This document shows positions 42,284 through 54,127 of a DNA stretch of 64,000 nucleotides, piece by piece. The position numbers were made by a program, and so were the translations under genes. The stretch is from the human T2T-CHM13v2.0 reference genome, Homo sapiens: NCBI RefSeq assembly GCF_009914755.1, contig NC_060927.1. One strand, 5' to 3'. The notes beneath the pieces were generated by a model. That model was given only the letters and a program-made list of their open reading frames with translations. It was not told the DNA's origin and did no database searches. Every line of letters begins with the position of its first letter. The stretch's first letter is position 1.

Positions 42284-43111
42284 AACTCCACAGTAGGGGG
42301 CAGGGCGGTCGATCTCTGTAGTACCAGTCCTCTAAATTTACTACCTAATTCTTTCCCTTTAATTGTCCCCACGGGGGTTATTGGCCCTTTACCTCAAGGT
42401 TCAGTGGGCCTGGTGTTAGGCAGGGCATCCACCTCTGCTGATGGTATCATAGTTCATACTGGTCTCATTAATTCTGATTCCTCTGATGAGATTAAACTTA
42501 TGGTGTCTGCCAAAGTTCCTGTTTCCATTTTGGCCGGTGAGTCAATTGCTCAATTACTTTTACTACCTAATATTATTTTAAACAAAGGAGATAAGACATG
42601 GGGCCCTGGGATGGGCTCCGGCAGTGAAAAAGCTGCTTATAGGATTAATGTAATTTCTAAACAACAGCCCACCTGCACCATACACATTCAAGGAAAAAAG
42701 TTTGACGGCCTAGTAGATACTGGGGCTGATGTTTCTATTATTTCCTCTAATTTATGGCCTTCCTCCTGGCTTAAACATCCCACTAACATGGGACTAGTAG
42801 GTGTTGGAAAAGCTGATGAATTTCACCAGAGCACATTTATCTTGCCTTGCACTGGTGCTGATGGTCAAAAGGGTACAATTCAGCCTTATATCACACCAAC
42901 CCCCATTAATCTTTGGGGTAGAGATTTGCTGGCGCAGTGGGGGGCTGAAATTAATATTCCATGTAACTCTTATAGTGCTCCCAGTCAACATATAATGGAA
43001 AACATGGGGTTTGTTCCCAGACTTGGTCTCGGTCCAAGACATGAAGGAATTACTAAACCTCTTCAAGTTACTGTAAAAGAAGACAGGGCTGGTTTAGGTT
43101 ATCCCTTTTAA
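42284..43111 (+). CDS. HERV-K pro frame: dUTPase-like domain, aspartic protease and G-patch (open frame of 275 codons; translation unproven)
   Basis: Motifs AVDL, LGRAS, GLINSD, IAQL (dUTPase); LVDTGAD, VGVG, NLWGRDLL (protease); MGF...GLG...EGI...GLGY (G-patch). No stop from 42284 to the TAA at 43109-43111. Confidence 0.8.
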   Translation, partial: NSTVGGRAVDLCSTSPLNLLPNSFPLIVPTGVIGPLPQGSVGLVLGRASTSADGIIVHTGLINSDSSDEIKLMVSAKVPVSILAGESIAQLLLLPNIILNKGDKTWGPGMGSGSEKAAYRINVISKQQPTCTIHIQGKKFDGLVDTGADVSIISSNLWPSSWLKHPTNMGLVGVGKADEFHQSTFILPCTGADGQKGTIQPYITPTPINLWGRDLLAQWGAEINIPCNSYSAPSQHIMENMGFVPRLGLGPRHEGITKPLQVTVKEDRAGLGYPF

Positions 43112-44082
43112 TGACGGCCACTGCCATGCCTCCTAATCCTGTAACTTTGTAATGGAAATCTGAAACACCTGTTTGGATTCAGCAGTGGCTGCTCTCTAAA
43201 GAAAAACTGGAGGCTTTAACTCAATTGGTTTCTGAACAGTTATAAGTTGGAAATGTGGAACCGTCTCTTTTGTCCTGGAATTCTCCTGTGTTTCCAGTAA
43301 AAAAAAAAAAAAAAAAAAAAAAATTCAGGTGAGCGGAGGATGGTAACTGATTTAAGGGCCATTAATGCTGTAATTAAACCTATGGGACCTGTCCAACCCG
43401 GCGTGCCTGCCCCTGCTTTAATACCTAAAAATTGGCCTCTCATAGTGATTGACCTTAAAGACTGTTTCTTTCATATTGTTTTACATAAATCGGATTGTGA
43501 AAAATTTGCTTTTACTGTACCATTATCAATAATCAGGAGCCTGCAGCTCATTATGAATAGAAAGTACTTCCTCAGAGACAGGCTGTGGTGGAATGGGCCA
43601 ATCGCACTTTCAAAACTCCATTGTCCAAACAGTCTGAGCAACAAAAGCATAATGTAACCACTCCCCACTCCCAATTACATTTAGCATTGTTTACTTTAAA
43701 CTTTCTAAATGTTCCTAAAGACAATACTCTGACTGCAGCTGAACGCCATTATACAGGGAAAAAATTCTCCCTAAATGGAAGCAAGCCAGTATTATGGAAA
43801 AACTCCCAGACCAATACCTGGGAACCTGGAACAATTTTAATGTGGGGAAGAGGGTATGCTTGTGTTTCACCTGGAGATCATCAATCCCCTGTCTGGGTGC
43901 CCACTAGAAGACTTAAACTTCCTGTAAATACTGACAATGAAAACCACAAGGAAAAGACATCTGCGTCAGAGACCGCCATCATACCTGGTGAGATCTGTGC
44001 CGACTCTGCAGAAACTGGCATGCCAAATCAAAATGGGTCTGGTTTAATCCTCCCTAATGGCAATGGAGACCCCTCTAACTAA
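43105..44082 (+). pseudogene. pol remnant: RT N-terminus fused to integrase C-terminus
   Basis: [35 protein letters not shown] followed directly by [10 protein letters not shown] and WGRGYACVS. Stops and frameshifts; YMDD and RNase H absent. Confidence 0.9.
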
Positions 44083-46250
44083 TCCCACTTCTCCTAATTC
44101 CCTTTCTTTTTCTCCTTATGAACCTAAAAATCTCGCCATTTCTATTAGTCTGAAAATAACAACCCTCTGTTCTTCTCTTCTTCCTTCAGCACTGGACCTT
44201 GCTTAAATTGGTTTTATTTAATAATTCTCCTCCTTATACTTTCTGTCTCACCAGTTTCCCCTCAAACTGATTTACCTGCTACACAAAATTATTCTTATTG
44301 GGCTTATGTGCCTTTTCCTCCACTTATTCGAACTTTCACCTGGATGGATGCTCCTGAGGAAATCTATACTAACGATCGTGTGTGGATGCCTGGAGCTAGA
44401 GATGACCGTTGCCCTGCTCAACCAGGAGAAGAGGGCATTGCATTTAATGTTACTATGGGTTATAAATACCGTCCTCTGTGCCTCGGACATGCACCTGGTT
44501 GTATCCATCTAGAAACTCAAGTCTGGTCTGCTTATCTTCCAGAGAGATTAGCTACAAGGGAAGGAGGACATTTGGTCTCCGGCCTCTCCCTTTCTCCTTT
44601 AAGACAAATAAAAAGGGGAGTAATAGGAGATACCCCATACTTTCAATATAAACCTGTAGGAAAACCATGTCCTAAAAATTTTGAGGGCCCATCTAAAACT
44701 TTAATTTGGGAAGACTGTGTTAACTCACATGCAGCAGTATTAAAAAAAACCCATATGGTTTAGTAATAGGCTGGGCACCAAAGGGCTATTTAAAAAACAA
44801 TTACTCCTCTGGCAGAAGGGAATGCCTGGAGGGTACTTATTTTATTTCTTATTGGGAGGGCGAGGATCATCATCCTACTTTGCGTAGGAGGTTCAGCTCG
44901 TTCTTTCCCTTAAAATGGGAATATAAGGGCATTACCCCCCACCTGAGGCCTCATATGATATTCCCCATTCTGAGCCCAGAACACCCAGAACATAGGAAAT
45001 TGGCTATTGTCATGTCCAGACTCTGAGTATGGGAGGGGGAAACTTTTCTGTCTGTTGTCCCCACTACCGCCCCTTGCATCCGTGATTCTGAACCCCATGG
45101 TAAATCCCCTTTGAACCCTTTTCCTCTTTTTGATGCTGATCCTACTTTATGGGACTCCAATTGGCATAATAATAATTCTTCTCAACCCGGGTATACCCCT
45201 CCACCTCTTCAGCATCCCTGGGCACCTCAGATTGCTTCTTTACAGCGGAGAACATCAGGCATTGCCACCACCACTCCTCTCCCTCAGTATCGACATAGAT
45301 TCAAACATTCTGCTTTGTTTACCTCCAACCTGACTATTCCTATACAGAGTTGTGTTAAGCCTCCTTACATGCTGTTAATGGGAAATATCAAAATTTGGAC
45401 AAACAGTCAAACTGTCCAATGCAATAATTGTCATTTATACACTTGTGTTCATTCCCATTTTGACTTCAGGAAAAGTGTAATGTTGGTTCAAACTCAAGAA
45501 GGAATCTAGATACCAGTAACTTTACCCAGACCTTGGGAATCTTCCCCCTCAGTACATTTAATTAATGAAGTGTTACAACGAATTCTCAAAAGATCTAAGA
45601 GATTTGTTTTCACTGTAATTGCTGTGATCATGGGCCTAATTACAGTCACTGCACTGGCCACCACTGCCAGAGTGGCATTACACCAATCTATTCAAATGGC
45701 TCATTTTGCTAATGATTGGCAAGCCAGTTCCACCCAAATGTGGAATTCTCAACAAGGCATCGATCAAATATTAGCTAATCAAATTAATGATTTAAGACAG
45801 TCTGTTATTTGGCTTGGGGATCGGCTTATGAGTCTCGAACATCACATGCAAATGCAGTGCGATTAGAATACTTCTGATTTCTGTATCACACCATATTCCT
45901 ACAATGAGACTGATCATTCATGGGAAATGGTCAAAGGACACCTTCTGGGTAGGGAAGATAATTTATCCTTGGACATAACTAAACTAAAGAAACAAATTTT
46001 TGAAGTCTCTCAAGCTCATTTATCCATTGTGCCTGGAGCTGAGGCGTTAGATCAGGTGGCAGAAAGTCTTTCTGGACTAAATCCCACAATTTGGATTAAG
46101 TCTATTGGGGGCTCCACTGTAGTAAATTTTGGGATTAGGTTTCCCTGTTTAATCAGCTTGTTTTTAGTGTGCCAGACCAGTCAAAGAATCCTGTGTCAAA
46201 ACCAAGAGAACGAACAAGCCTTCATCACCATGGCACATTTATATAAAAAG
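43937..46250 (+). pseudogene. env remnant (SU and TM) with stops and frameshifts
   Basis: YWAYVPFPPLIR, furin site RSKR, fusion peptide [13 protein letters not shown], heptad/[47 protein letters not shown] before the 3' LTR. Confidence 0.9.
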
Positions 46251-46261
46251 AAAGGGAGAGA

Positions 46262-47276
46262 AGTTGCGAGAAGTCAGGGACCCCGAATGGAGGGAACAGC
46301 TGGAGCTGCGGCAGAGGAACATAAATTGTGAAGATTTCATGGACACTTATCAGTTCCCAAATAATACTTTTATAATTTCTTACACCTGTTTTACTTTAAT
46401 CTCTTAATCCTGTTATCTTCGTAAGCTGAGGATGTACATCACCTCAGGACTACTATGATAATTGTGTTAACTGTACAAATTCATGGTAAAACATGTGTAT
46501 TTGAACAATATGAAATCAGTGCACCTTGAAAAAGAACAGAATAACAGCAATTTTTAGGGAGCAAGGGAAGGCAACCATAAGGTCTGACTACCTGTGGGGT
46601 CAGGCAAAAAGAGCCATATTTTTCTTCTTGCAGAGAGCCTATAAACGGACATGCAAGTAGGGAAGATATCGCTAAATTCTTTTCCTAGCAAGGAATATTG
46701 ATATTAATACCCTGGGAAAGGAATTCATTCCTGGAGGGAGGTCTATAAACGGCCACTCTGGGAATGTCTGTCCTATGTGGTTGAGATAAGGACTGAGATA
46801 CGCTCTGGTCTCCTGCAGTACCCTCAGGCTTACTAGGATTGGGAAACTCCATCCTGGTAAATTTTTGATCAGACTGGTTCTCTGCTCTCGAACCCTGTTT
46901 TCTGTTAAGATGTTTATCAAGACAATATGTGCATCACTGAACATAGACCCTTATCAGAAGTTCTGCCTTTTGCCCTTTGTCCTGTTTCCTCAGAAGCAAG
47001 TGATCTTTGTTCTGCTTTTTGCCCTTTGAAGCATGTGATCTTTGTGACCTCCTCCCTGTTCATACATCCCCTCCCCTTTTGAAATCCTTAATAAAAACCT
47101 GCTGGTTTTGAGGCTCAGGTGGGCATCATGGTCCTACCGATATGTGATGTCACCCCCAGCAGCCCAGCTGTAAAATTCCTCTCTTTGTACTCTTTCTCTT
47201 TATTTCTCAGCCAGCTGACACTTACGGAAAATAGAAAGAACCTACATTTAAATATTGGGGGCAGGTTCCCCCGATA
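46262..47276 (+). repeat. 3' LTR (MER11)
   Basis: Follows the PPT. AGTTGCGAGAAGTCAGGGACCCC...GGTTCCCCCGATA. Confidence 0.95.
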
Positions 47277-48190
47277 TAGCTTCTGTGTAAGGCCACAGCT
47301 AGAAAGTGGCAGAGCCAAGAACCAAAGTATATCTGATATGCCTTGGATCCATGTTCTGTACAAGATTTTCTCTGTGCTGAACAGCCCAAATTAGCACAGG
47401 TTATACATGTATATACACATGTGTATATATATGTATATATATATATCTCTCTCTGTAAAGTCTTAGGTGTGATTTTCAAAAATGATTTTGGATTCTGACA
47501 TGGCAAAACAAGCCCCAGTGGAGAGGATTTTGATGCCTTTCTATCAATTACTTCTACTGGGGGTATAGACAGGAAGTGTCTGGAGGCCAGGCTGGATGCT
47601 GCTTAGTCTCTGCAGCTTAGAGGTCAGTACCGAGAAACCACACCTGTTGAAAGGTTGGCTGTTGGTGCAAATCACTGAGGAGGAAGACTCCACACTGCTT
47701 GTCTCTACTGTCAAAAGAGAGGATTCAACACTGTGGGAAACTTGTGCCATCCCAGGATTGCTATGGATTCATTACTTTTTTACTTTTAGCACATGTTCCT
47801 TTTTCTCTAGCCACACTTAGATATTTTTTCTTAATTTCTGTTCTCAATATCCAGGACTTTTGGCTTTCATTTTCTGTTTAAAAATATATTCTCAAATCTT
47901 CTATGATATGATAAGATCTTGATTTAATTTCTCAATACCCACTAACCATCCACTTAGACTTCTGTCCAATTCTTGAAAAATATTACTTCTATTTTGAAAA
48001 GGTTTTCATTCTTCTAGTTTTTGTGTTTAACTTCTTACCTCATGTTTCTTATCACAGGGGCAATAGTAAGACAGAGAGCCCACACAATGGAGCATAAAAC
48101 TTCTTTTGTTTAGGCATTGGGAGGATGGTTCTCCAAAAAGCCTCCTTCTGAGCTACTTAGACTATTGATGGTTCATCTCATGTGGGAGTA

Positions 48191-48642
48191 TGTCTTAAAT
48201 CAAGGCCCCTGGAAAACAGACACTGTGGTGAAATTTGCCTACAAAAGCTTTATCAAGAAGTGCTCTTGAGAACAACACCTACAAGGGAGTGAGGGAAGCA
48301 AGAGGGGATGGAAGGAGAAGCTGCCTTCCAACGAAGTTGCAACAGAAGCCTCAGCCCTTCCCACAAGACAGCTCTAGAGCTGGGATGTCCCTTTAGAGTT
48401 ATCAAGAATTGAGGCACAAAGCCAGACCTTTGTGCATCCTCCTTCATTATCCACTCATTACCAGTGGGCTGTTCCCAGGGAGAAAGCAAAAACTTAGAGA
48501 GGCAGCTTTCTTTAGATTAAGGAAATTCTTGGAAAGTGATGCAGCTATGAGCCATCAGCAGGCAACACTCCCAGCAGCAGAAAAAATTAGTGCTTCAGTC
48601 GTGAACGGGGAAATGGGACAGTGCACCACAGTATCCACTACA
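48191..48642 (-). mobile_element. ERVL LTR (LTR33-like)
   Basis: TGTCTT...GCTCTAGAGCTGGGATG...CAACACTCCCAGCAGC...TATCCACTACA matches the reverse of LTR33 as I recall it. Confidence 0.7.
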
Positions 48643-48708
48643 CGCCTCCAGTTTTCTCAGTGTTGATAGCATGCTTAATTTGCTGAAAATATTTTACTTC
48701 ATTATATC

Positions 48709-49135
48709 TTTAGTGGGATTAATGGTGACCCCTCAAGATATATGTGAAAAGCACCTGTAAATATGATCTAATTTGGAAAAAGGATTTTTGCAGATGTAAT
48801 TAAATTAAGGATCTCAAGAAGAGATCCTCCTGAATTAATGGGGTGGGCCTTAAATCCAATGACTAATGTCCTTATAAGAAACAGAAGAGGAGATGACACA
48901 GGGAAAGGAGGAGAAGGCCATGAGAAGACTGAAATAACTGGAATGAAGCTCACAGCCCCAGAAGCTGGAAGAGTCAAGGAACAGTTTGTCCCCTAGAGCC
49001 TTTGGAGGAAGCATAGCCCTGCTAACACCTTGATTTTGGACCTCTAGTCTTCATATTTGTAAGAAACTGAATTTCTTTGATTTTAAGCCACCAAGTTTGT
49101 GGTAGTTTGTGACAGCAGTCCTAGAAAACTAATAC
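48709..49135 (+). mobile_element. MaLR LTR (MLT1C/D-like)
   Basis: TTTGCAGATGTAATTAAATTAAGGATCTC, TTTAAGCCACCAAGTTTGTGGTA; ends CTAATACA. Confidence 0.85.
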
Positions 49136-50847
49136 AACATCTTATACCATTTAATCGTTACATAAAATTTGTATTCTTAAAACCCTCAATAGGAGGGAGA
49201 GTGGCATCGAGATACTTATATCCCTAGGTTTCTAACTGAGGGGTTGCCAAGGCTTGGCTACACATCCATGCTGAAGGCCACAGTTCCTGTTGGGAGGCTC
49301 TCTCCCTGCAGCTACCCTCTCTCATGGCTGTCTCCCATTTCCCTGCAGTCATAGGAAAGAAAGTGGCTTCCCAATGTTGCTAGCCCCTAAGAACTATGCT
49401 ACCCCTGGTCTCCCCTAAGCCCTACTACATCTTTATATATAGCCCCTATATTAAACTCTATTCAATTATCACTTTTGAATGTGCCTTCTGTTTTCTACTG
49501 AGACTAGACTGGCTTGTCAACTCTGGGGTAATTTAGCTCCCAGGGAGCAATGACTTCAGTCAATGCTAAGCCACTAGTGACAGCAAAAGTTGTATTGCAG
49601 CTTTTCTGAGATTTTGTAATATTATGTGCCTATATGTAAGAGACCTGGATTTTATAATACTCATTTTCCCATAGTTATAGCATTAGATCCTTTAACCCTC
49701 TGGCTTTCAAAAAAAAGAATCTTGTCATTGGTAGAGATAGGTTTGTCATCCTTATTTTTATCTATCTTAAGTACTGCTATTGAATTCCATCCCTTAGGTA
49801 ACAAGAATTTCTCTATTTTCTACAGTTGATTTGAGCACTTGGAAAGCCAGTCACAAAATGTCTTAAGATTTATATTCTCTCTGGCAGGGCAAATATGGTC
49901 TGCTTTTTTATGTGCTGCTAATTTCCTTCATCTCACATACTCCACAGGAGACCTACGGGTGATAATTGGTGGCAGATCTAATGGGCTCCTTGAACTGCTC
50001 ATAGCTACTCTGGGCATCCCTCTTCTTGATAACGCTGAGATAATATCATGGGAGAAGAGATATTATTTATCTTTGTCTCCTGTACAGATCAATCCTAGTG
50101 CCAGACATTTAAGTGGAGCTCAGTATTTGTTGAGACACTCAGCAAAATTAAGAATATATCTTATTTTTAGAACTCTGACTAGTTTATTTCAATTTTGTGG
50201 ACCTTGTGAAATGTGTATGCTGTATTATTTCTATTGATGGGAAATGGATTTACTTACTCAAGAGTTTCATCAAAAAATATTCATATAGTGTCTATTATGT
50301 GCTCAATACCATTCTCGGGGCTAGAAATATAGCAGTGGAGTAATCAGACAGCCTTAGCATGCATTCTCCACAAAAGCACAGCCTGAGACAAGGGCCTGCC
50401 TACAGTTACTTTGGGATGTAATCGCATGGAACAGGAGTGGGGGTGAAAAAGAGTGAAACAGGGAAGGAGGGCAAGTCAATGCAAGGGTGCAATATCAAGC
50501 AGCTTACACTATGGTCCACTGTTGTCTGGGTCCCTCTGGGCACTTTCTTAGGATCTGTGTAGAACGCATCTTAGAATCTTTCACCTGAGCAACACAAGCT
50601 CCTGTTCCCCATTGATCAAAGGTTGCCCGATGAGGTGTTGACTCCCTGCACTTCCAAGGTCACGCATGTGTATGCATGGATGAGTGGAATGAGGCCTCCA
50701 CCCCCACCTATCCCCCTTCCCTTGCTGAGGAGGCAGAGATGCCCAGGTCAGAAAGTAAGAGATATTTAGGGCAGCTGAGGAGAGGTGCTTTCAGGCTTAC
50801 ATTTGAGCAGCCTGTTGGACCCATGACAGCTGGAATGAAAAGGTGGG

Positions 50848-51711
50848 TGTGATATTGTGATGTAATAAGAATTATGTATTTGGTCTCTGTCCCCGGTTCC
50901 TGGCACACAACCCCTGAAACTCTTGGAACCTCTTAAGTGATAGATGTCTTTGTGTATGCTAGCAAGATGACTGATGACTGGGGCCTCTGGGATAGCCTCA
51001 GGATGGGAGGCTGGTTACCAGGGGAACCAACCATGTGATTAGAAGGTTGAAACTTTCAGCCCCACACCCTGACCTCTGAGGAGGGGAGGGGGCCTGAAGG
51101 TTGAGCTGATCACCAATGGCCAATAATTTAATCAATTATGCCTATGTAATAAAGCCTCCATGAACACAAAAGGACTGGGCTTGGGGAGCTTCCGTATTGC
51201 TGAACAGGTGGAGGTGCTGGGAGAGAAGAGCACCTGGAGACGGCGCAGAAGCCCTGCACCCTTCCACATACCTTGCCTTATGCATCTTTTCCATCTGCTG
51301 GTCATCTTCATCTTTTATAACATTATTTACATGGGTAAACATAAGTGAACTGTTTCCCTGAGTTCCGTGAGCCACCCTAGCAAATTAGTTGAACCTGAGA
51401 AGGGGGTCATGGGAACCCTGAATTATAGCCAGTCAATCAGGAGCACAGGTCACAAGCTGGGACTTGTAACTGACATCTGAAGTGAGAGACAGTCTTTTGG
51501 GACTAAGCCCTCAATCTGTGAGATCTGACACTATATCTGGGTAGATATGTGTCAGAATAAAATTATAGGACATCCAGTTGGTGTCGACTAGAAAACTGAA
51601 AAACTGCTTGGTGTGTGAGGGAAAACCGCCAGACAGCTGGTGTCAGAAGTGAAGTGCTGAGTGACTGCAAGGGAGTAGGAAAACCACGTTGATCTTTTCC
51701 TAACTTTAATG
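50848..51711 (+). mobile_element. MER21-type LTR, nested at the end of an older ERVL LTR (about 50350-50847)
   Basis: Starts TGTGATATTGTGATGTAATAAGAA...GGTTCCTGGCAC. TSD GTGGG on both sides. Confidence 0.75.
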
Positions 51712-54060
51712 GTGGGTTGCAAAAATGTTTGGTGAGTCAAGAAGTGACTAATACATAAAGCTCCTGTCCTTCCCAGGCAAACGCTCTAGTGGAAAGTGAC
51801 AATATACCAAAAAAACAAATAAATAAATAATCAACTTAATGTCTCATGCAAATAAGCCCTGTGAAAAAAACACAGTTGTTGCTGTGACAGAGGCCCATGA
51901 CAGGGCTCCTTTAGATAGCCATGAAATTCAGGAAAGGCCTCTTTGAGGTGAGGACATTTGAACAACCACAGAATGAGAGAAAATATTCATGTATGTAGCC
52001 TGTGGAAGAGTTTTCCAAGCAGGGCAAATGCAAAGGCCCCGAGGTTGGAAGGACACAGAGAGCTTGAGGGACAGAAAGGAAAGAGTAGGAGGGTTGTGAT
52101 ACGTGAAGGAGCATGGGGTGAAGGAGGGAGGAGAGGTAGCCAGGAGCTCGTGGGGCCTTTAGGGCCATTAGCTGTGGTCAAGCATGCGTATGCCCTAGAG
52201 ACATAAGAAAAGGGGAACTTGGACATTTACAGAGTTGATATTTGAAGTGTTCATCTCTCACAGGTAACTGTCATGGTCCCTGACACATTGTTCTTTGATA
52301 TTTTATTTTACCAAGTGATACATCTGAATTATGTGTGCTGTGAATCACTCTGCAGGAGAGTGAGCCTAGTTAACAGCCAACACCCAAATTTCGACCTCAT
52401 TTTGTGGACTTTTATTCATGATCATGTAAGTAGTAACACTCATGATCTGATTAATGTTCATTTCTGTATGAAAAAAAAGGTCAAGATAAAGCCAACCACT
52501 TCAATACTTTAAATATACATAACTATGACTTCAGGATGCATTTCCCACTGTTGGGCACCAGGTCTTGATTTATAAAATAAGGGAGTTGATTCTCCTGAGT
52601 TTCTATGGGTCTACATGGCTAAAGTGTGAAACTGATAAAATACTATTAATTCCAAGTAGATTCTAACTTTCTCTGAAGCAATAAGACATACTATTATTTT
52701 AGAAAAAAAGAGCTTTGAGGATCTTCAGCTTGCTTAAAAGAAACCTCCACACGGAGCGTTTTCTATAGTTTTTCTCCATCCTCCTCTAGCACCCCTGGAA
52801 ATGTGGCCTTCCTCACTATGTGCTGGGTTATTAGAGAAGCTTCCCCATTAAGTTACAGTCATGTATATTGGAGATAGAGGAGAGGCTCAAAAGAGAAAGA
52901 GAGTTTGGAGATGTAAATATGAGACCCATAGTATCTTCCCTGAGCAAAACCAAAGGGAATAATAAATGGCTAAAGAACAGTGAAAATAAAGTAAAATTGA
53001 TGCTGAGTTATATAACACTGGAATGAAGCTAATTCAATACCTTTAATTAAAAAATAGCATGCTTGGTTTCACCCAGAGTCAGTCAGAATTTCTCCAGGAA
53101 ATTAAATTTAAAAGCAAGCAAGAGAACAAACAAAAACTTCTCAAAAATATATATATATAATTGTTTGAGATAAAAATCTATTTATTGTGTGTGTATGTAT
53201 AGTTGAATATATATAAATCCTTATTTTTTCCTCTGTGACATACAGGTGTAGTTTTGTCAATAGAAATGTCATGGGAATGAAAAAAAATGTACGCTTTTTG
53301 GATTGCTTCTTATTTGTCAAGATATTAGAGGCAATTTGCATTTTAAATTGAAGAATAATTGGTTTTTATTATTGAATATGTTATGAAGCTCAATGTATTA
53401 ATGGTGTAAAAGACTCATCGTAACTAGCACAGGATTTTTTATAAGAGACCCTTTGATCTTGGGCAGGACATTTTACCTCTTCGGGTGTCATTTATTTCAT
53501 CTGTAAAATAAAGGGCTCAGTCTATGCTAAATGACCAATACAGTTTCTTCTAACTCCAACATTCTGTAGGTTTTGGTAGGAAATAGAAAACCTATGTGTG
53601 CAAGCATGCTCATGCCTCTGCTTTTAACACTTTCACAAAACAGGCAAATCTTTACAAAGTTAGACTTCTTTTCTGAAGGAGAGAGCATATTTTTATGCAC
53701 AACTGTCTTCTTGTTTGTTATGATTACTTTCTGGGGACTGTGGTTCAGAACAAAGTCCCTGGTCTCTGTAAGATCTCCAATCTTGAAATAAAATTATATT
53801 CATGATAAGGTTTTCATTGAGCCAGAAATGTGAAACAATGCATTTTTAAAAGATGTTCACCAACAAGGACTAATTTCTATCCTACTTACTTCTCCTCCCC
53901 AGTACTACCCCTCCTCTTCCAAGAAAAGAATTTGGTTTGGCTCTCATTTGCCCAGGAAATGCTATTAATCGCAATCTCCTATTCCCTGATAACATTACTT
54001 AATTGAGGTTTTATTGAGCTATACCATTACTCAAAGCAACAAATACAAAAGTGTGCTTTC

Positions 54061-54127
54061 TGTCCTCTCTCTGTCTCTCTGTCTCTCTGTCTCTCTCTCT
54101 CTCTCTCTCTGTCTCCCTCCCTCTCTT
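54061..54127. repeat. (TC)n/(TCTCTG)n microsatellite
   Basis: Visible directly. Confidence 0.9.

Larger units (their letters stand above)
40959..47276 (+). mobile_element. internally deleted HERV-K provirus with MER11 LTRs (probably MER11A/HERVK11, HML-8), inserted in a MIR
   Basis: Two 1015-bp LTRs and gag-pro-pol-env remnants of betaretroviral type. 6-bp TSD TAGCAT (40953-40958) / TAGCTT (47277-47282). MIR halves flank it. Confidence 0.93.

Noticed and set aside
42130-43111. In-frame Gag-Pro fusion created by the deletion
   Set aside because: The gag ATG (42130) and pro are in different frames, and gag has a stop at codon 25.
44308-46331. Intact or co-opted (syncytin-like) env
   Set aside because: Split into several short ORFs by stops and frameshifts, including a stop inside the TM cysteine loop.
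53917-53925. Isolated GAS motif TTCCAAGAA
   Set aside because: A single short motif without supporting context; several are expected by chance.
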